This document shows positions 26,050-40,956 of a stretch of DNA of 64,000 nt, piece after piece (within the stretch, counting starts at the first letter, position 1; each line of letters starts with the position of its first letter). The translations under genes were made by a program, and so were the position numbers. The DNA lies in NCBI RefSeq assembly GCF_009914755.1, contig NC_060928.1. One strand, given 5' to 3'. The stretch comes from the human T2T-CHM13v2.0 reference genome, Homo sapiens. The notes beneath the pieces are model-generated. The model searched no databases. It had not been told where the DNA came from and worked only from the letters and a program-made list of their open reading frames with translations.

Positions 26050-26660
26050 AATTTCATAAACCCACTTACTTCAATTTCTGGTAACTTCTCTTCTTTATTA
26101 TGGTAAAACTCCTCAAACTTGTATTACACCCATTATATACATTTCTTCTCCTTCAATTCTCTCCGTATCCATTCATTAGGTTTCTTTCTCAAATGCCCTG
26201 CCTGAACTGCTCTTATTAAAGTAAACAATGACTTTCATATGGTTAAATCCCATGCCTAATTCTCTCCTCTCATCTTGCTAGACATATGGGTGTTATTAGA
26301 CACAATCGCCTTTGCCAGAAGTATTCCAGGGCCAAATTCTTGAAACTCTTCTCCTTCCTCCTTATAGCCTCTCCTTTGGTCATAAGATCCAACATAATGG
26401 TTTTAATTACATTCTATATACAGACTCTTTTCTGAATTTATGTCTCAACCCAGAACCTATGCATGAACCCCAGATTCCTGTAACCAAGTGTCTACTCATT
26501 GAGTAGAAACTCATCCTCTTATTAGTACAGAAAAAGGAAAGTTAAAAAAAAATTAAGCCTTGCTATTATCCTTGGCTCAGGTTCTCTCATACCTTACATT
26601 ATCATTGCCTGCCAACTTCTGCAGTGGCTTCCTACCTGGTGTCCCTGGTCCCACCTCCAG
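26050..26660 (+). mobile_element. L2 fragments
   Basis: gaactgctcttattaaagtaaacaatgactttcatatggttaaatcc and similar L2 ORF2-like blocks. Confidence 0.55.
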
Positions 26661-29600
26661 GTACTGGTCAGAGAGTAATAAATATCATTGTCATAAACCC
26701 TGACCTCTTGAAACATGTATTTCATTGACATATAAGATTCATACTCACTCTGCAATTACACAAAGTAATGGAATAGGAGGTAAAAGTCAGCAAAGAGGAT
26801 ATTTTGAGAAAGCCATCTTGGTTTGAAAGTTCTTAATTTATAATAGCTAGAAAAATAAGAAGACTTCAATTTGTAGAATCACTTGCATTTTTCCAAGTGA
26901 GAAGTTAGAACACCTCTCTAGATATGTTGGTTTCTCTTGAATGGACTAGTTTTTGAGATTATTATAAAATTATCTGTTATTTTGACATTATGCTTATACC
27001 ATTAACATTAATACAGTGTGCCCATTTAAATAAGTATTACTTTAAATCTAAGGCACTCTTGAAATTTAAAAAAAAAAAAGATGTTTAACTATATGTTCTT
27101 TTTTTTATTTTTCCTAATTAATCAACTTATTTAACAAACAGTAAAGGAAGAAAGTCATTAGATTATCACAAATGGCAAGCACTAAGAACGTACTTCTTTC
27201 CTTAACCCTTAAGGTGAAGTCTTCAGAAATTATGTTTAAGCAATATGAATCATAGTTAGTTTAATGAGTCATTTATTCCTGCAATTAGGTGGAGAGGAAA
27301 AGCAGAAAGAAAGGAGTCATTTAAAGGTCATTATTTACCAACTTTTCATTTTTCAGTATAGCCTCACACACACCCACATCCGACCCTTATCTACCTTAGA
27401 GTTCTTCTATCAGTAGAAATTATTTGTAATCAGAAGTAGCTCAGCCTGATTCATCAAAAAGGAAGGGATTGCAATAATTTTTAAAAGGAGATTTCAGAGT
27501 TTATGCTGTCAATCTCCCAGCATCAGCTTCTTCTAAATAGTCTCCAGCTATTTGTAATACTTTACTCATAGCTTTTGGACATGCATTTGTTATCAAAGGC
27601 AGAGTAAAACTTGCTTCCTGGGGCCTATTTTTCCTTGCCAGCATCACAGTCTTACACCACACGGTTATGAATATATTCTTCCTCAGTTATACTTTTATTT
27701 ATGTCCTCTAGACATTCTGGGTAATTATGCTGGAAGGAACCAGAAAAAAAAAAAGACTATTACAAGTATCATGTACAAAACATAAAAGTAAATCCACACA
27801 AGATAATGTGTTTTATATACCCTGTTATAGATACAGTGGGAATCAACTTCACTCACAGCAACTTTGGATTGGCTTTTCATCTTTATTTGGTGGCAATTTG
27901 TAATAATAAAGCAACAGAATGTCTTCATGTATTTTATCATTCTATCTCTTAATTGAAACATTTCTGCTATTTTATTTTTAAATAAGCCAGAATGGAAGGC
28001 ATTGTAGTAATACTTTTTCAGTTATGTAAAAAGAAAGCACTTTAACCACAGCAGATATAGCATTCTTAGTACTGTGAATTAGTAATCGTTTTAAAATATG
28101 TAAATCATATTGTATTTTATTGGTGGGTTATTCTTTTGTTGTTGCCCTTAGTACAGTAGTAAACTTCTTGAATTATTGTTCAACCCTTTGGAGATATTGA
28201 ATAAATGTACATATTCTTCTAGGCATTCATTTAGTTGCCAGTCTGAAAATATTGTTTGAAAAGGTAAGTAAGAAAACGGTCAAAGATGCCGAAAGAGAGA
28301 GGCGTCAGTACCTGGGGACACATGCACCTTCTGTGTACCTTTCCTCACCTGTGGGCTGACTGCTGTGTGTTTAATCAAGAGGGCAACTCACATATAGAAA
28401 AGTAAATATTCACAGTGAATACAGTAGTCCCTTCACAGTAGAAAAGGGTTAGATTCATGAACCCTCAGTGAAAGGTAATTAATTAGTGGTTTTGAAATAA
28501 GACTTTTTCATGTAACAATGGTTACAACTGAACCTAATACAACTTAACGACCAGAAGAAACTCTTCGAGATCTCACTCCCTTCTGGTTCTTATTTTGTTT
28601 CATTCTAGATATTGTGAATACTAGAATGACTGTGGGCGGCTATGCTTGGTTTTCCTTCAAGATATTCAATGACTTCTAATTTCATGACTTAGTGGACTTG
28701 GTCTTTTTTTTAAATATATGATCCATATGTCTCTGAGTGCTACAGAGACAGAAATGGTTTTTATAAAATGTTATTTTAGTCATTTGGCAGAGGGAAATCA
28801 GTATCAAATAATACCTCCTCTCAGAATCACTGGGTTACATATAAACTGTCTGCCAACAATAACAGAGAAACAAGTGAGTTAGTCCCTTTCAAATATTAGG
28901 CTTCTTTCTCTCTCCTACAACATGCAAGAGTTCAGCTTTATAATCTAGGTTCATTTCCTTTTTGTTCTTTCTCAATGCTTTTTGCATATTGAGAAAGTTT
29001 TCAAACAAAAATTCATGTAATCTAGAATCAGTTGTAGAAATTTTTAAGATAGGTGCACTAAACTCAGAAAACTAGTCAAATGGTGTATTGTAATTAAAGG
29101 CATCAGATTAACTTTTCTTACATTTAGTCATGTTTTTAATCTAGATTTTTTAAGTCTGATTTAGAGAGACATGTAGACAGGTTGAATTTTCAAAAATACT
29201 TAGCTTTATTGGCAATGTAGCTTATTCTTCTCTCATCTGATTTTGATTTACAAGAACATTCTTTCCTTAGAGTGGGATATAAAACAGATTCATCATGAAA
29301 TTGTACTTCCCTGTAAGGCTTTCTGTCACCTCACTATGACAATGTGTGAGGCAGGACATTTCCATATGGTTAAGATGATTGTCACCCATCTTTCTATTCA
29401 CAAACTTTTTCCCTCCTTAAGCCTCTCATACAGGTTCCTTCATCTTTAGCTCTAAGTTCTCTGCTTCTCTCTCTTGTATGGGGTGCTCTTCAAAGTGAAG
29501 ACAAAAACAACTGGGATCTGTTTCCTGCTACAACTCATTATTATTCTCATGTTTGAACCTCTATCTTAATTCGCAGTTGTAATTCTTGTGAAATTATTTT

Positions 29601-29714
29601 GTCAAACTATACGGTTTGAAGCTAAATTCAAACCAATGTGGCAATTTCTGATTTAAAAGTTTGCCATATTTAGTTTTATGAGACTAGATATGCACCTAAA
29701 AATACTATGTTTAA

Positions 29715-32700
29715 ACTTTTTGTTTTGGGAACATTTCAGATTTACAAGAAAAAGTTGTCAAAATAATTCATAATTTGAATTACCCTTCCCCCAGCTTTCC
29801 CTAATGTTTACATTTTATATAACCATATTGAAATTATCAAAACAGGATATTAAAATAAGCACAGTGCAACTAACTAAACCACAGATATTGTTTAGATTAT
29901 ACCAGTATTTCTGCTAATCCTTTGGTTTCCTGCTTGATATGGTTTGGATCTGTGTCCCCACCAAATCTCATGTAGAACTGTAATTCCCGGTATTGAAGGT
30001 GGGGCCTGGTGGGAGGTGATTGGATAGTGGGGGCTGTTTCTCATGAATGGTTTAGTACTATTCCCTTGGTGCTGTTCTCATGAGAGTGAGTTCTTGCAAG
30101 ATCTGGTTGCTTAAAAGTGTGTAGCACCTCCCACTTGGCTCTCTCATTTTCCTTCACTGGCTGTATGATGTGCTGGCTGCCCCTTTGCCCTCCTCCATGA
30201 TTGTAAGTTTCCTGAGGCCTCCCAAGAAGCTGAGCCCATGCCAGGATCATGCTTCCTGTTCCTGTGGAACTGTGGGTCAATTAGACCTCTTTTCTTTATA
30301 AATTACCCAGCCTCAGATATTTCTTTATAGCAATGTGAGAATGAACTAATACACTGCTCCCAGGAGCTAGTGGCCATTGGGAACACTTTTAGGCTTAATC
30401 TTACTTTTGACATTTCTTTCTTTTCTCTTTTCTTTGTGTTTTTTTTGGGGGGGAAGGGGACGGGGGGAAGCTTTTCCTTACTTACAGCTACAAGATGCAT
30501 TAATCTAATCTTGTATTTTTTCTTATTCCAGCCCTAGAATTAACCACTTCTCCAAAACGCCCTGATTCCTTCCATTGAAGACCGATATTTAAAACCAAGA
30601 TCTGGATACTAGTTATACTCATTGCTACTGGGGTATCACTGTTTATATGCCCTCTTAAGAGTACAGAGCAAAAAATATGTGTGTATACTAACCCATTTAT
30701 CTGCACACATCTATATTTACTTTTGTACATGTGTATGCATGTATGTTTGCATGTATGCATGTCTCCATCTACCTTCCTACTTATCGATTTCTCTGTCTCT
30801 ATCCATACATCTATCTACCATCTATCTTCATACTAATACCTCCAATCTAATCAACAACACCGTTCTAACCTTCACCATTATTTGTTACTTCTTTCTCAGA
30901 CAGTGAAAACTAAGACTATCAATATCTGAAACCTGTTTGCTTATTTGTTTAACCCTACCATACATGTAGTTTAAAACTTGCTAAGCCATTACTCTGTGAG
31001 AAACAACTTTACCAAGAGGAGTACATTGTTTGGATTATTTTTATTTTTAGCTTTACAGTTCAGTCAAAACACTATTTTCTAAAGTTACTTAGGGCACATC
31101 CCCTCTCTCCACTGAGCTTATTGTGGTTATGAGATTTATTTGTTATATAAATAGATAAATTTGCTACAAACTGCATTTTCTGTTGGGTTTTCCATACATC
31201 TTTGTTGATTTTGTTAAACTTACATTTAACAAAATGTGCTTTTTGTGGTATACAATTTTATGATTTAAGTCATGTATCCAATGCCACATTTCCTTATAGA
31301 AGACTTCCATTATCCAAAAATTCCACCACACTGCCTGCCTGTAGTCAGCTACCGACCCCAAACTCCAAACTCTGGCAAATATTGCACTGTTTGCTGCTGC
31401 TATAGTTTCACCTTCTCCAGAATGTCATGGGAACAGAGTCATAAACTATTGAACCTTTTGGACATGGCTTCCTCCGCTTAGTAGAAACATTTAACCCTAA
31501 TTCATATTGTATTAATCATTAGTTCTGCCATTTTATTGCTGAGTCACTGTCTCTTGTATGGATGTACCACAATTTGTTTATCTGTTCACAGTTTGAATGG
31601 ATAAACTGTGAATGGATGAACTGTGGGTTGTTTCAGGATTTAGTGATTATAAATAAAGCTGCTCTAAACATATCAAGTTAAAGTTTTTGAGTGCAGTTAT
31701 GTTTCCATTTCTTTTGCGTAAACACTTAGAAGCGAGATTGCTAGGTCATATGGTAACAGTACGTTTAGCTTTAGAAAAAACTGGCAAACTGTTTTCCCAA
31801 AGTGACTATACAATTTTGCATTCTCACCAGCAATATATTACAGTAGAATATCATTGTAGTTTTACTTTGCATTTCTTTATGGGTAATGATATTGATCATA
31901 TCTTCATGTGCTCATTTACTATACCGTCATTGTGAATGTGTTTGTTTAAAATACTTCCCTATTTTTATATCATTTTCTTTGTTTATTTATATTGTCCTAT
32001 ACATATTCTGGATTAAACGTTTTATGAAAATGTAACTTACACACCTTTCCTTTCTTTCTGTGGATTGTCTTTTCAGTCCTTTAACAGTGCTTTTCACCAA
32101 GCAAAAGTTTTCAGTTTTGACAAAGTCTAATTTATTTTTTCATTATGGATCATATTTTTGTTGTCATTTCTAAAAATTCTTTCACTTACCCAAGTCATGT
32201 AGATTTTTTCTTATATTTTTCTTCTAGAAGTTTTATAGACTTACATTTCTATTAAGGTCTATGACAAATTTTGAATCAATTTTTGTATAAGGCATGAAGT
32301 ATAGGTCAAGCTTATTTTTTTATATGAATCTCCAATTTTTATAGTACCATTTCTTGGGAAAACTGTTTTTTCTCTATCAAATTGTTTTCACTACTTTGTC
32401 AAAAGTTACTTGTCTGCATTTATGTGAGTCTAGATTCTTTATTCTGTCCAATCGAGCTATACTTCAATATTGTTACCTAATAGCAGAGTTTCATTAGTAC
32501 TACGACTTAATAATAATAATTCTTAAAATCAGTTAGCATTACTCCTACAATTTTGGAGTTTCTTTTCAAAATTGTTTCAGCTATTCTAGGTATTCTGCAT
32601 TTCCACAAATATTTTTGAATAAAATTGTCAACATCGACACAAAATTCTGCCAGGATTTCGACTGGGATTTTGTTGAAAATGTAGGCCAATTTAAGGAGAC

Positions 32701-33930
32701 TTGGCATCTTAACAATATTAAGTTTTCTAGCCATGAAAATGGTACATATCTTTATTTATTTATCTTTTTAAATAACTGTCAGAAGTATTCTGTTTCTTCT
32801 ATTCCAATATGTATAATGCTTATTTCTTTTAATTTTCTTATTGCATTGCCTAAGATTTTTCGGTATGGTATTGAAGTAATGGAAAATAACATTCTTGCTT
32901 TCTTCCTAGTCTAGAGCAGACTGGGGCGCTGGAAAGGGAGGTGAAGCATTCAATATTTCACCTTTAATTTTAGATGTAGGGTTTTTGTAGATGTCTTTTA
33001 CCAAATTAATGAAGTTGCTTTGTCTTTTAAATTTGCTTAGTTTTTAACATGAATAGATGCTATACTTGTCAAGTGTTTTTTCTGCATCATGTTTTGATGG
33101 CCATATAAGTTTTATTTCTTAAATTGTTAATAAGGTGAATTAAACAGATTGATTTTTGAATGTTGTGCCAGTCCTGCATTATTGGGATAAACACAACTAA
33201 GTTGTACTACATCCTCCTTTTTATATATTAGTACATTGAATTTTCTTGTATTATGTTGGGCATATTTGCATTTATGTTCATAAGGGTTACTATCCTACAA
33301 TTTTCTTTTCTTGTAATGTTGATTTGGTTTTGGTATTAGTATAATCTAGATTCATAAAATGAGTCAGAAAGTGTTCTCTTCTATTTTCTAGAAAAAAATT
33401 TGGTAGAATTGATATTATTTCTTCCTTAAATGGTTGGCAGAAATATCCAGTAAAACCATGTAAGCTGGAGATTTTCTTGCTGAAAGGTTTCTAAATACAA
33501 ATTCAATTTTCTCAATAGATATGAGGCAATTTAAGTTAACTGCTTTTCTTGAATGAGTTTGGGTAATTTTAGTCTGTCAAGAAATTTAAATTGAATATAT
33601 ATGGGCATTGAATCATTCATAGCATTCCTTTTGGTAGGAATGTTGTCATCTATTTTTATGTTTATAGTTTGTATCTTAGTTTTTCTTTGTAAATTGGCTA
33701 CAGTTCTATCAATTTCATTGTTGTCCAAATAATAACTTTACTTCATTTTATTTATTTTTCTCTTTTTAATTTTATTGATTTTACTCTTGTCTTTATTACC
33801 TCCTACCTCCTGCTTGCATTGCATGTAAATTTCTATTATTTCTCTAATTTCTTGTGGTGAAAACTTAAATTTTATTTCGTTCTAATATATTTATATTTAA
33901 TGTTATAAATTTACCTTTAGGCACTGAAAC
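29715..33930 (-). mobile_element. Old L1 (L1MC-type), 3' end and ORF2, fragmented
   Basis: T-rich antisense L1. The ORF at 32507-32734 (LNIVKMPSLLKLAYIFNKIPVEI...) is an ORF2 remnant. Confidence 0.8.
29935..30353 (+). mobile_element. MSTA-type MaLR solo LTR
   Basis: TGatatggtttggatctgtgtcccc...aactaataCA with 5 bp TSD CTGCT (29930-29934, 30354-30358). Confidence 0.92.
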
Positions 33931-34056
33931 ATATGAGTATTAAAAGTGGCAGACTTGTGTGATAAATGTAGATGAGTGAATTTGTTTCTTCTCTTGTTTT
34001 GATCAGCAAAGGTCCATGTGGTCTTGAAAGCTTTTGGGATCTGTAGATTTGGGCAC

Positions 34057-35150
34057 TTTTTTTTTTAACTTTTATTTTGAGTTCAGGAGTACATGTGCAG
34101 GTTTGTTATACAGGTAAACTCGTGTCATGGGAGTTCATTGTACAGATTACTTTGTGACTCAGGTATTAAGCCTATTACCCCTGAGTTATTTTTCCTGACT
34201 CTCTCCATTCTCCCACCCACCTCCCTCCAGTATGCCCCAGTTTCTGTTGTTCCCTTCTATATGTCCATGTGTTCTCATTATTTAGCTCCCACTTATAAAT
34301 GAGAACATGTGATATTTGTTTTTCTCTTCCTGTGGTAGTTTGCTAAGCATAATGGCCTCCAGCTCCATCCATGTTTCTGCAAAGCACACAATTTCATTCT
34401 TCTTTATGGCTGTGTAGTATTCCATGTTGTATATGTGCCACATTTTCTTTATCCAGTCTACCATTGATAAGCATTTAGGTTGATTCCATGTCTTTGCTAT
34501 TGTGAATAGTGCTATAGTGAACATAAACATGCATTTGTCTTTATGGTAAAATGGTTTATATTCCTTTGGGTATATACCCAGTAGTGAGATTGCTGGGTCA
34601 AATAATAGTTCTGTTTTCAGCTCCTTCAGGAATCACCACATTGTTTTCCACAATGGTTGAACTAATTTACACTCCCACCAACAGTATATAAGCATTCCTT
34701 TTTCTCTATAAGCTCAACAGCATTTGTTATTTTTTGACTTTTTATTAACAGCCATTCTGATTGGTGTGAGATGATATCTTATTGTGGTTTTCATTTGCAT
34801 TTGTCTAATAATCAGTGATAAGCTTTTTTTCATATGCTTCTTAGCCACATATATGTCTTCTTTTTAAAAGTATCTGTTCATGTCCTTTGCCCACTTTTTG
34901 GAGTGTTTCACACATACTCCAAACATGGAGTTGTTTGTTTTTTCTTTGTAGATATGTTTAAGTTGCTTATAAATGCTGGATGTTTGACCTTTGTCAGCTG
35001 CATAGTTTGCAAAAGTTTCTCCCATTCTGTAGGTTGTTTACTATGTTGACAGCTTCTTTTGTTGTAATTTATTAGATCCCATTTGTCAATTTTTGCCTTT
35101 GTTGCAATTGTTGTTGGTATCTTTGTCATGAAATCTTTGTCCATTCCTAT
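34057..35150 (-). mobile_element. L1PA/L1PB-type 3' end, 5'-truncated
   Basis: The ORF at 34282-34530 (ALFTIAKTWNQPKC...DWIKKMWHIY) matches the L1 ORF2 C-terminus. Poly-T at 34057. Confidence 0.92.
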
Positions 35151-36505
35151 TACTTGGGTACTTTTCAATGCAAACAATTTTAGGTCAACAATAAGTATAA
35201 ACAATTTTGGCTCAATGATATTTTAAAAACATTTATTATGAATTTCTATAGTATAATGTGTGGGAAATGGATAAAATGTGGATTGTGGACCTGTAAAAAT
35301 CTTAAAGTTTTAATTTTACAACTCAATTAAGCTAGGCATTTCTAATTTTATATCAGTGTGATTCTTGAAAACAATATAGTGTTCCATGGAACTCTTGGAA
35401 GAAAAACCAAAACCTGTGTGATATTCCAGACAGGTGCTAAAGAAGAGAAATAGAATGAATGATAATTACTATTAATTGAAATACATATCTCATTAATCTT
35501 CATAGTAACTGAAACTTGCAAAACGTCTACAACTTTTACTTTACAAGGTGTGAAGTAGGGGAGTTAAAATAATTTACCACTTTGTACAGCAAGGAACAAA
35601 GATGATTTAAAATCAAGTCTGCTTTACTGCCTTACTTTAGTGAGATATCTATGTCTGTTATCACAAGGGAAATGGAAAGGAGGTTGTAACATTTTCTGGC
35701 TGTGCTTTATTTTTTACAATGTCCAGAGAAAGTAATTATCAGATGTTTTCTGGTTACATGATACATGATTTTTGCTCCAGTTTGTCACTTACTTGATAGA
35801 TGTATGCTTCTTTTTATGCCCTTCTCTTCCCAATCAGAAAAAAGAAAGTTAAATCATATAGGATAAAATGCATTACATATAAAAGTTCCTGATATTTTTA
35901 GATGTGTTTCCCATGAGATGCCTCAAAGATGGAGGCATTTAAATTAGTGGCAAAAAGTATGGAGGGCCTCATGGAGTTCTTAGGAATACTATCCCCCACA
36001 TTGCAGGTTAGTTGAGAGCCTCTTCAAAAGACCAACGTATCCTGTAAAATTATCACATTAGAATTCCTTTTATATGGATTCCATTGGCAGTAATATAAGC
36101 AGACCAATAAAAAAGAAAAAAATATGGATTTACTTGATTACAAAACTGTTAAATAATTCTTTGAGGATAAAATAGATTTAGACCAAGAATGTCAATAAAA
36201 GGGGGCAACAGAGTAAAGGAAACAAAGAGTTTCAGTGGAGAATAGGAGCAATTTAAGTGTTTAGAGATTTTTTAGTGAATATCTCTCTGACATTGCTAAT
36301 TTCACTTTCCAATTATATAAAGTGATGAGAAATTGTTGTATTTATCCTTTACCTAAAATATATTTTTGAACAACTCTGAAATGTTTTTATCAGATAGTTT
36401 AATTAATTAAACTAAGGATAATTACTGGTGGCAAAAACCATATGCCTTTATTTCATTCTTAAATTGTTCATTTAAACTCACTAGGACTAGTTTTCCATAG
36501 GTCCT

Positions 36506-36860
36506 ATATTAGTAAGTTTAGGCTACTATAACAAAATACCATAGACTGGGTGGCTGAAATAACAGAAATTTATTTATCACAGTTCTGGAGGCTGGAAAGT
36601 CCAAGATCAAAGTGTCAGCAAATTCGGTGTCTGCGGAGGGCCCTCTTCCTGGCTTGCAGATGGCCACTTTCTTGCTGTGTCTTTACACAGGGGACAGAGA
36701 CTCAAATTTTTCTCATAAAGATACTAATCCCATCATAGGATCCCCATTCTCATGACCTCATCTACATTTAATTTCCCAAAGGCCTCATCTCCAAATACCA
36801 TTATATTGGGGGGTAGGGCTTGAACATATTAATTTTGGGGGACATGAACATCCAGTCCAT
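36506..36860 (-). mobile_element. MLT1A-type MaLR LTR
   Basis: ctataacaaaataccatagactgggtggct...cacagttctggaggctggaaagtccaagatcaa. Confidence 0.85.
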
Positions 36861-36976
36861 TTAAGTACCATTACTTTTCTGTTACTCTTAGGCAATTAAA
36901 TATTCATAAGTTACTTGCACTCACAAAAATTTATAGAAATTTAAAATATCTAATCTTGTGTCAAGGTAAAAATCAT

Positions 36977-37337
36977 TCCCCTTTTTAGACCATATAGGGT
37001 AACTTCTTGATGTTGCCATGGCATTTGTAAACTGTGATGGCACTGGTGAGAGTGTCTTTTAACATGTTAATGTATTATAACTAGAGTATAATGAGCAGTG
37101 AGGACGACCAGGGGTCACTCTCATTGCCATCTTAATTTTGGTGGGTTTTAGCCGGCTTCTTTACTGCAACCCCTTGTATTAGCAAGGTCTTTATGACCTA
37201 TATCTTGTGCTGACCTCCTATCTCATCCTGTGACTTAGAATGCCTAACTGTCTGGGAATGCAGGCCAGTAGGTCTCAGCCTTATTTTACCCAACCCCTAC
37301 TCAAGATGGAGTTGCTCTTTTTGAAACACTTCTGACA
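36977..37337 (-). mobile_element. MER41-type ERV1 LTR, partial
   Basis: cctttttagaccatatagggtaacttc...gagcagtgaggacgacca...caagatggagttgctct...tctgaca. Confidence 0.8.
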
Positions 37338-38875
37338 TTTGGTGTCATTTAGCTGGTATTATAGTCATTTAGCACTGATACACTATGGCCTTCAAAGATG
37401 TTTCTTTGGGACCATTATAGGTTTTTAGGATATTTCTCATGGCAAACAATCTTCTCTTGCCATCTTCTTATCAATCTGCTCCCTCTTAGAGTTCCTGTCA
37501 TTCCTTCTAAAGGAGAATTTGGAGCCAGATCCCTTTAAAATGGTTTATGCCAACTCCTCCTACTTTGTAGCACTTATGTAGTCTGTGGCAAAGTCTCACA
37601 TCTTATGTCCCAATAAACTCTGGGAGCGCAACAAATTATTGGAATTCAGATATCCGTTGTGAAGCCACCCTCTCACTTAAAATAGCTATGTAGCCACGCA
37701 ATCTGAGCTTTAGACATTTCTCAATGTGCACCTAAGGTGTTCCCCAAATATGGTACACATTTCAAGTTCTCTGGGTGGTCTCCTTTATGCTGACATCACC
37801 ACCCTTCACCTCATTCCCCATGGCAGGACAAGGAGGTCTCAGAGAACACTATCACCTCTACCCAAATAAATCCCCTTTATAACCTCATCTAGGTTGGTAA
37901 GTGGCTATGAATAACAACACTGATTTTTAGAATTTTCTTTGCAAACCTGGTCTAGGGAATCTGTTCTTCACTTTGGAATGTGAATGCTCTTGGCAGCTAT
38001 TATTTTCCCATCAGGTTACAGCCTCAGTGAAAACTGAATTATAAAGGGACCAATTTTAAAATCTTGTTATGGTGCTACATGAACTCTTTGATGTTTCCCA
38101 CATTTTTTTTCTGCTATGTACCCATCAGATGAGAATTTCTACCAACCCTCACTTTCCAGAAAGAAGATCAATGTATGTTTGGTGCAGAGCAACCCATAAC
38201 TGATTTCTGTTCAACATACCATATTTATTCAGCAAAAATTTTCAGTTTAATATAAAACACAGTATGAATTTTAATGGATTTTAGTCTCCTAGGCATATGT
38301 GCTCAAGTTTTTTTAAATTATCAAAATTCTCTTACTCCTTCTATCTTTGTAGCTATTACATTTTTTAAATGAAGAAAATCGATATCAAATACTCCAAATG
38401 CAATTTATATCAGAAAATTGATTTGGACTTAAGTACATGTTAGGAAAATATTAGGTACATTACCAATAATTCAAAGTATAAAATAAATCACCAAGTTAGT
38501 ATTATTTTTTAAAATAAAATGATAAAATTTCATTCCCTCTTTAGGCAAGTGACTTTACCATTTCCTGAATCTGTCATTGAGTGGTTTGGCAAAGAGCTGA
38601 CAGATGAATCTGAAGATCTTTTTTAAAAATAACTGCAGACTCCTTACCATATAATTTCATGATAATCAATATTTGCTGAATCATCTTTTTCTTACCTATA
38701 TAAAATCATAACAAAATATACATTCAATGTCTTTATAAAACTAGGTACTCCTGAGAAATTAAAAATTACCTTTAAATATATTTTAAAAGCATTTTAGCTA
38801 TAGTCAGCTAAGCTATCTAAGTTATCTCACTTAGTTTACACTCCTTACTATAATGCATCAATAAACTTCATGTTA

Positions 38876-39192
38876 GGCCGGGCACGGTGGCTCACGCCAG
38901 TAATCCCAGCACTTCGGGAGGCCGAGACGGGCAGATCACGAGGTCAGGAGATCGAGACCATCCTGGCGAAGACGGTGAAACCCCGTCTCTACTAAAAATA
39001 CAAAAGAATTAGCCAGACGTGGTGGCGGGTGCCTGTAATCTCAGCTACTCAAGAGGCTGAGGCAGGAGAATGGCATGAACCCGGAAGTTGGAGCTTGCAG
39101 TGAGCCGGGATAGTTAGCCACTGCACTCCAGCCTGGGCGACAGAGCGAGACTCCTTCTCAAAAAATAATAATAATTTTAAAAAATAAAAATA
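38876..39192 (+). mobile_element. AluY
   Basis: gatcacgaggtcaggagatcgagaccatcctgg. TSD AATAAACTYCATGTTA at 38860-38875 and 39193-39208. Confidence 0.94.
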
Positions 39193-40956
39193 AATAAACT
39201 CCATGTTAGAAGTAGAAACCTGTTAACCAACTGATAGAAAACCAATCAAGATAAAATGTGCTCCTTTTGTCTCCTTCATCCCCTGGTTTAGTTATAGCTA
39301 GATGTATAGTTAATGTTCATAAAGAAAACTAGTAATGAAATGCCTTCCACCCATATTAACGATGCTACAACATTTTTATTTGTGTTAATTCTTTTTTTTT
39401 TTTTTTTGAGATTGGTACATCTTATTTCATTGACTAGAATAGAAATGCTGTGTAGGGCATTCATTTAAAATAGTTTAAGGTAAAAATTACCCTAAACAAA
39501 CTGGCTGTTATTTCTAACTCTGTAATATATATTATTTGTCTATCAAGGTTAATTTCAAAATTCTAAAACTTTTGTTTCCATTGAAATTCTTTCATATAGA
39601 AGTCTAGAAGTTCTTTAGTATATAGTTAAACAACTTATTTATGGATTGCCCAGGCCAGGTTTTGTCTAGCTGCAAACTGGCTTTACTTTAAAATCACATA
39701 CTCTTGCTTAAGTAAGTATTAAGGAAAGGAAGAAAGAAAAAAACAACAAAACCAACCAGAGCCATGCATTATTTTAAAGGTAAAAATCTGCTGGGAATAG
39801 AATTTCGTGATACTTTCAATGATAGTCTATCAGTGTACAAAAAGGAGGAAAGTAAAAGGTAATCTAAAGGACCATTCTTTTTCTCATTAACATCTCAAGA
39901 ACATACAGTTCTCTAGATAATAATATCACTGGTCTCTGCTACTGAAAGCTAAAGAACTTTTAATCTCCAGGAATCTGTTTCTGTTTGTGAAATAGATGAC
40001 TGTGCTTTGTGAGTGCTGATTACTAACCTATCTAAAAACATCAAATGAGATTAAAGTTGCTGAGATTTTAGAATCACCATTCATCTAAGGTTTGTAATAC
40101 CATTTTGTAGAAATTGTTCTAATAAATCTACAGAATTCAGTCCTTCACACATTAAATGTCAGCATAATCTCTGTTTTAAGTGTGAGATTCAGGAGTGCAT
40201 GCATTCCTTGAGGGTGAGCAAACACTTAGATCCTATGTTAAATTTGCTTTATGTTTAACCCTTCAAAAATCTTAAATTGCTATATGTTTTATCCTTTCTA
40301 GATTAATTTATGTGTACTAGGCCTTTTAACCACTTTATGTGACATGAAAAACATAAAATAAGCCTTAATTTTTCAAAATGTGAGAATAATAATCAAAAAA
40401 AGAGTAGAAAAGCATAAAATTGACAGGGAAGATACACTATAAAAGCAGTAGTTTAAATCCATAACACTTTACAGAGGACACAACATTCAAGGCACCTATT
40501 CCAGGCTGCCAATTAGTAAGCCACTGGCCTTGTATAAATACTGTCATTTTTTCATATATAATATAGAAATAGGAACACTTACCTTGCCTGATACACTCGT
40601 GTTAATATCAAATAAGATAAAGAATATGGAGGTGCTGTTTAAACTGCACAGTAGCTATTCAAATAGTATAATGCCTCCTTCATCTCTAGAATGTCATGCT
40701 TTGCAAAATATACTTATCACTATTTTATTTGGGGCACAGATATGTTCACTGAATTTAAATATTATTTCAGTTCTTTTTAAATAATATAGTACTGATCAAT
40801 AAAAAGCATGTAATGACATCTTATTATTAATTAAACTATTTACAAGGAGGGCTGAGTAGTATTTTCAGATCTGCTCCTTGACATTTATCTTCAAGATAAG
40901 CACAATAGACTTCAAGAAATATCCTATTAGTGGTATATTATGAAAAAGAAAAGCCA

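Noticed and set aside
34282-34530. 82 aa ORF with strong protein similarity
   Set aside because: It is the L1 ORF2 C-terminal remnant in a 5'-truncated antisense L1, not a host gene.
36977-37337. MER41 as an interferon/STAT1-inducible enhancer
   Set aside because: The copy is truncated at ~36977, and I see no TTCCNGGAA GAS motif in the retained part.
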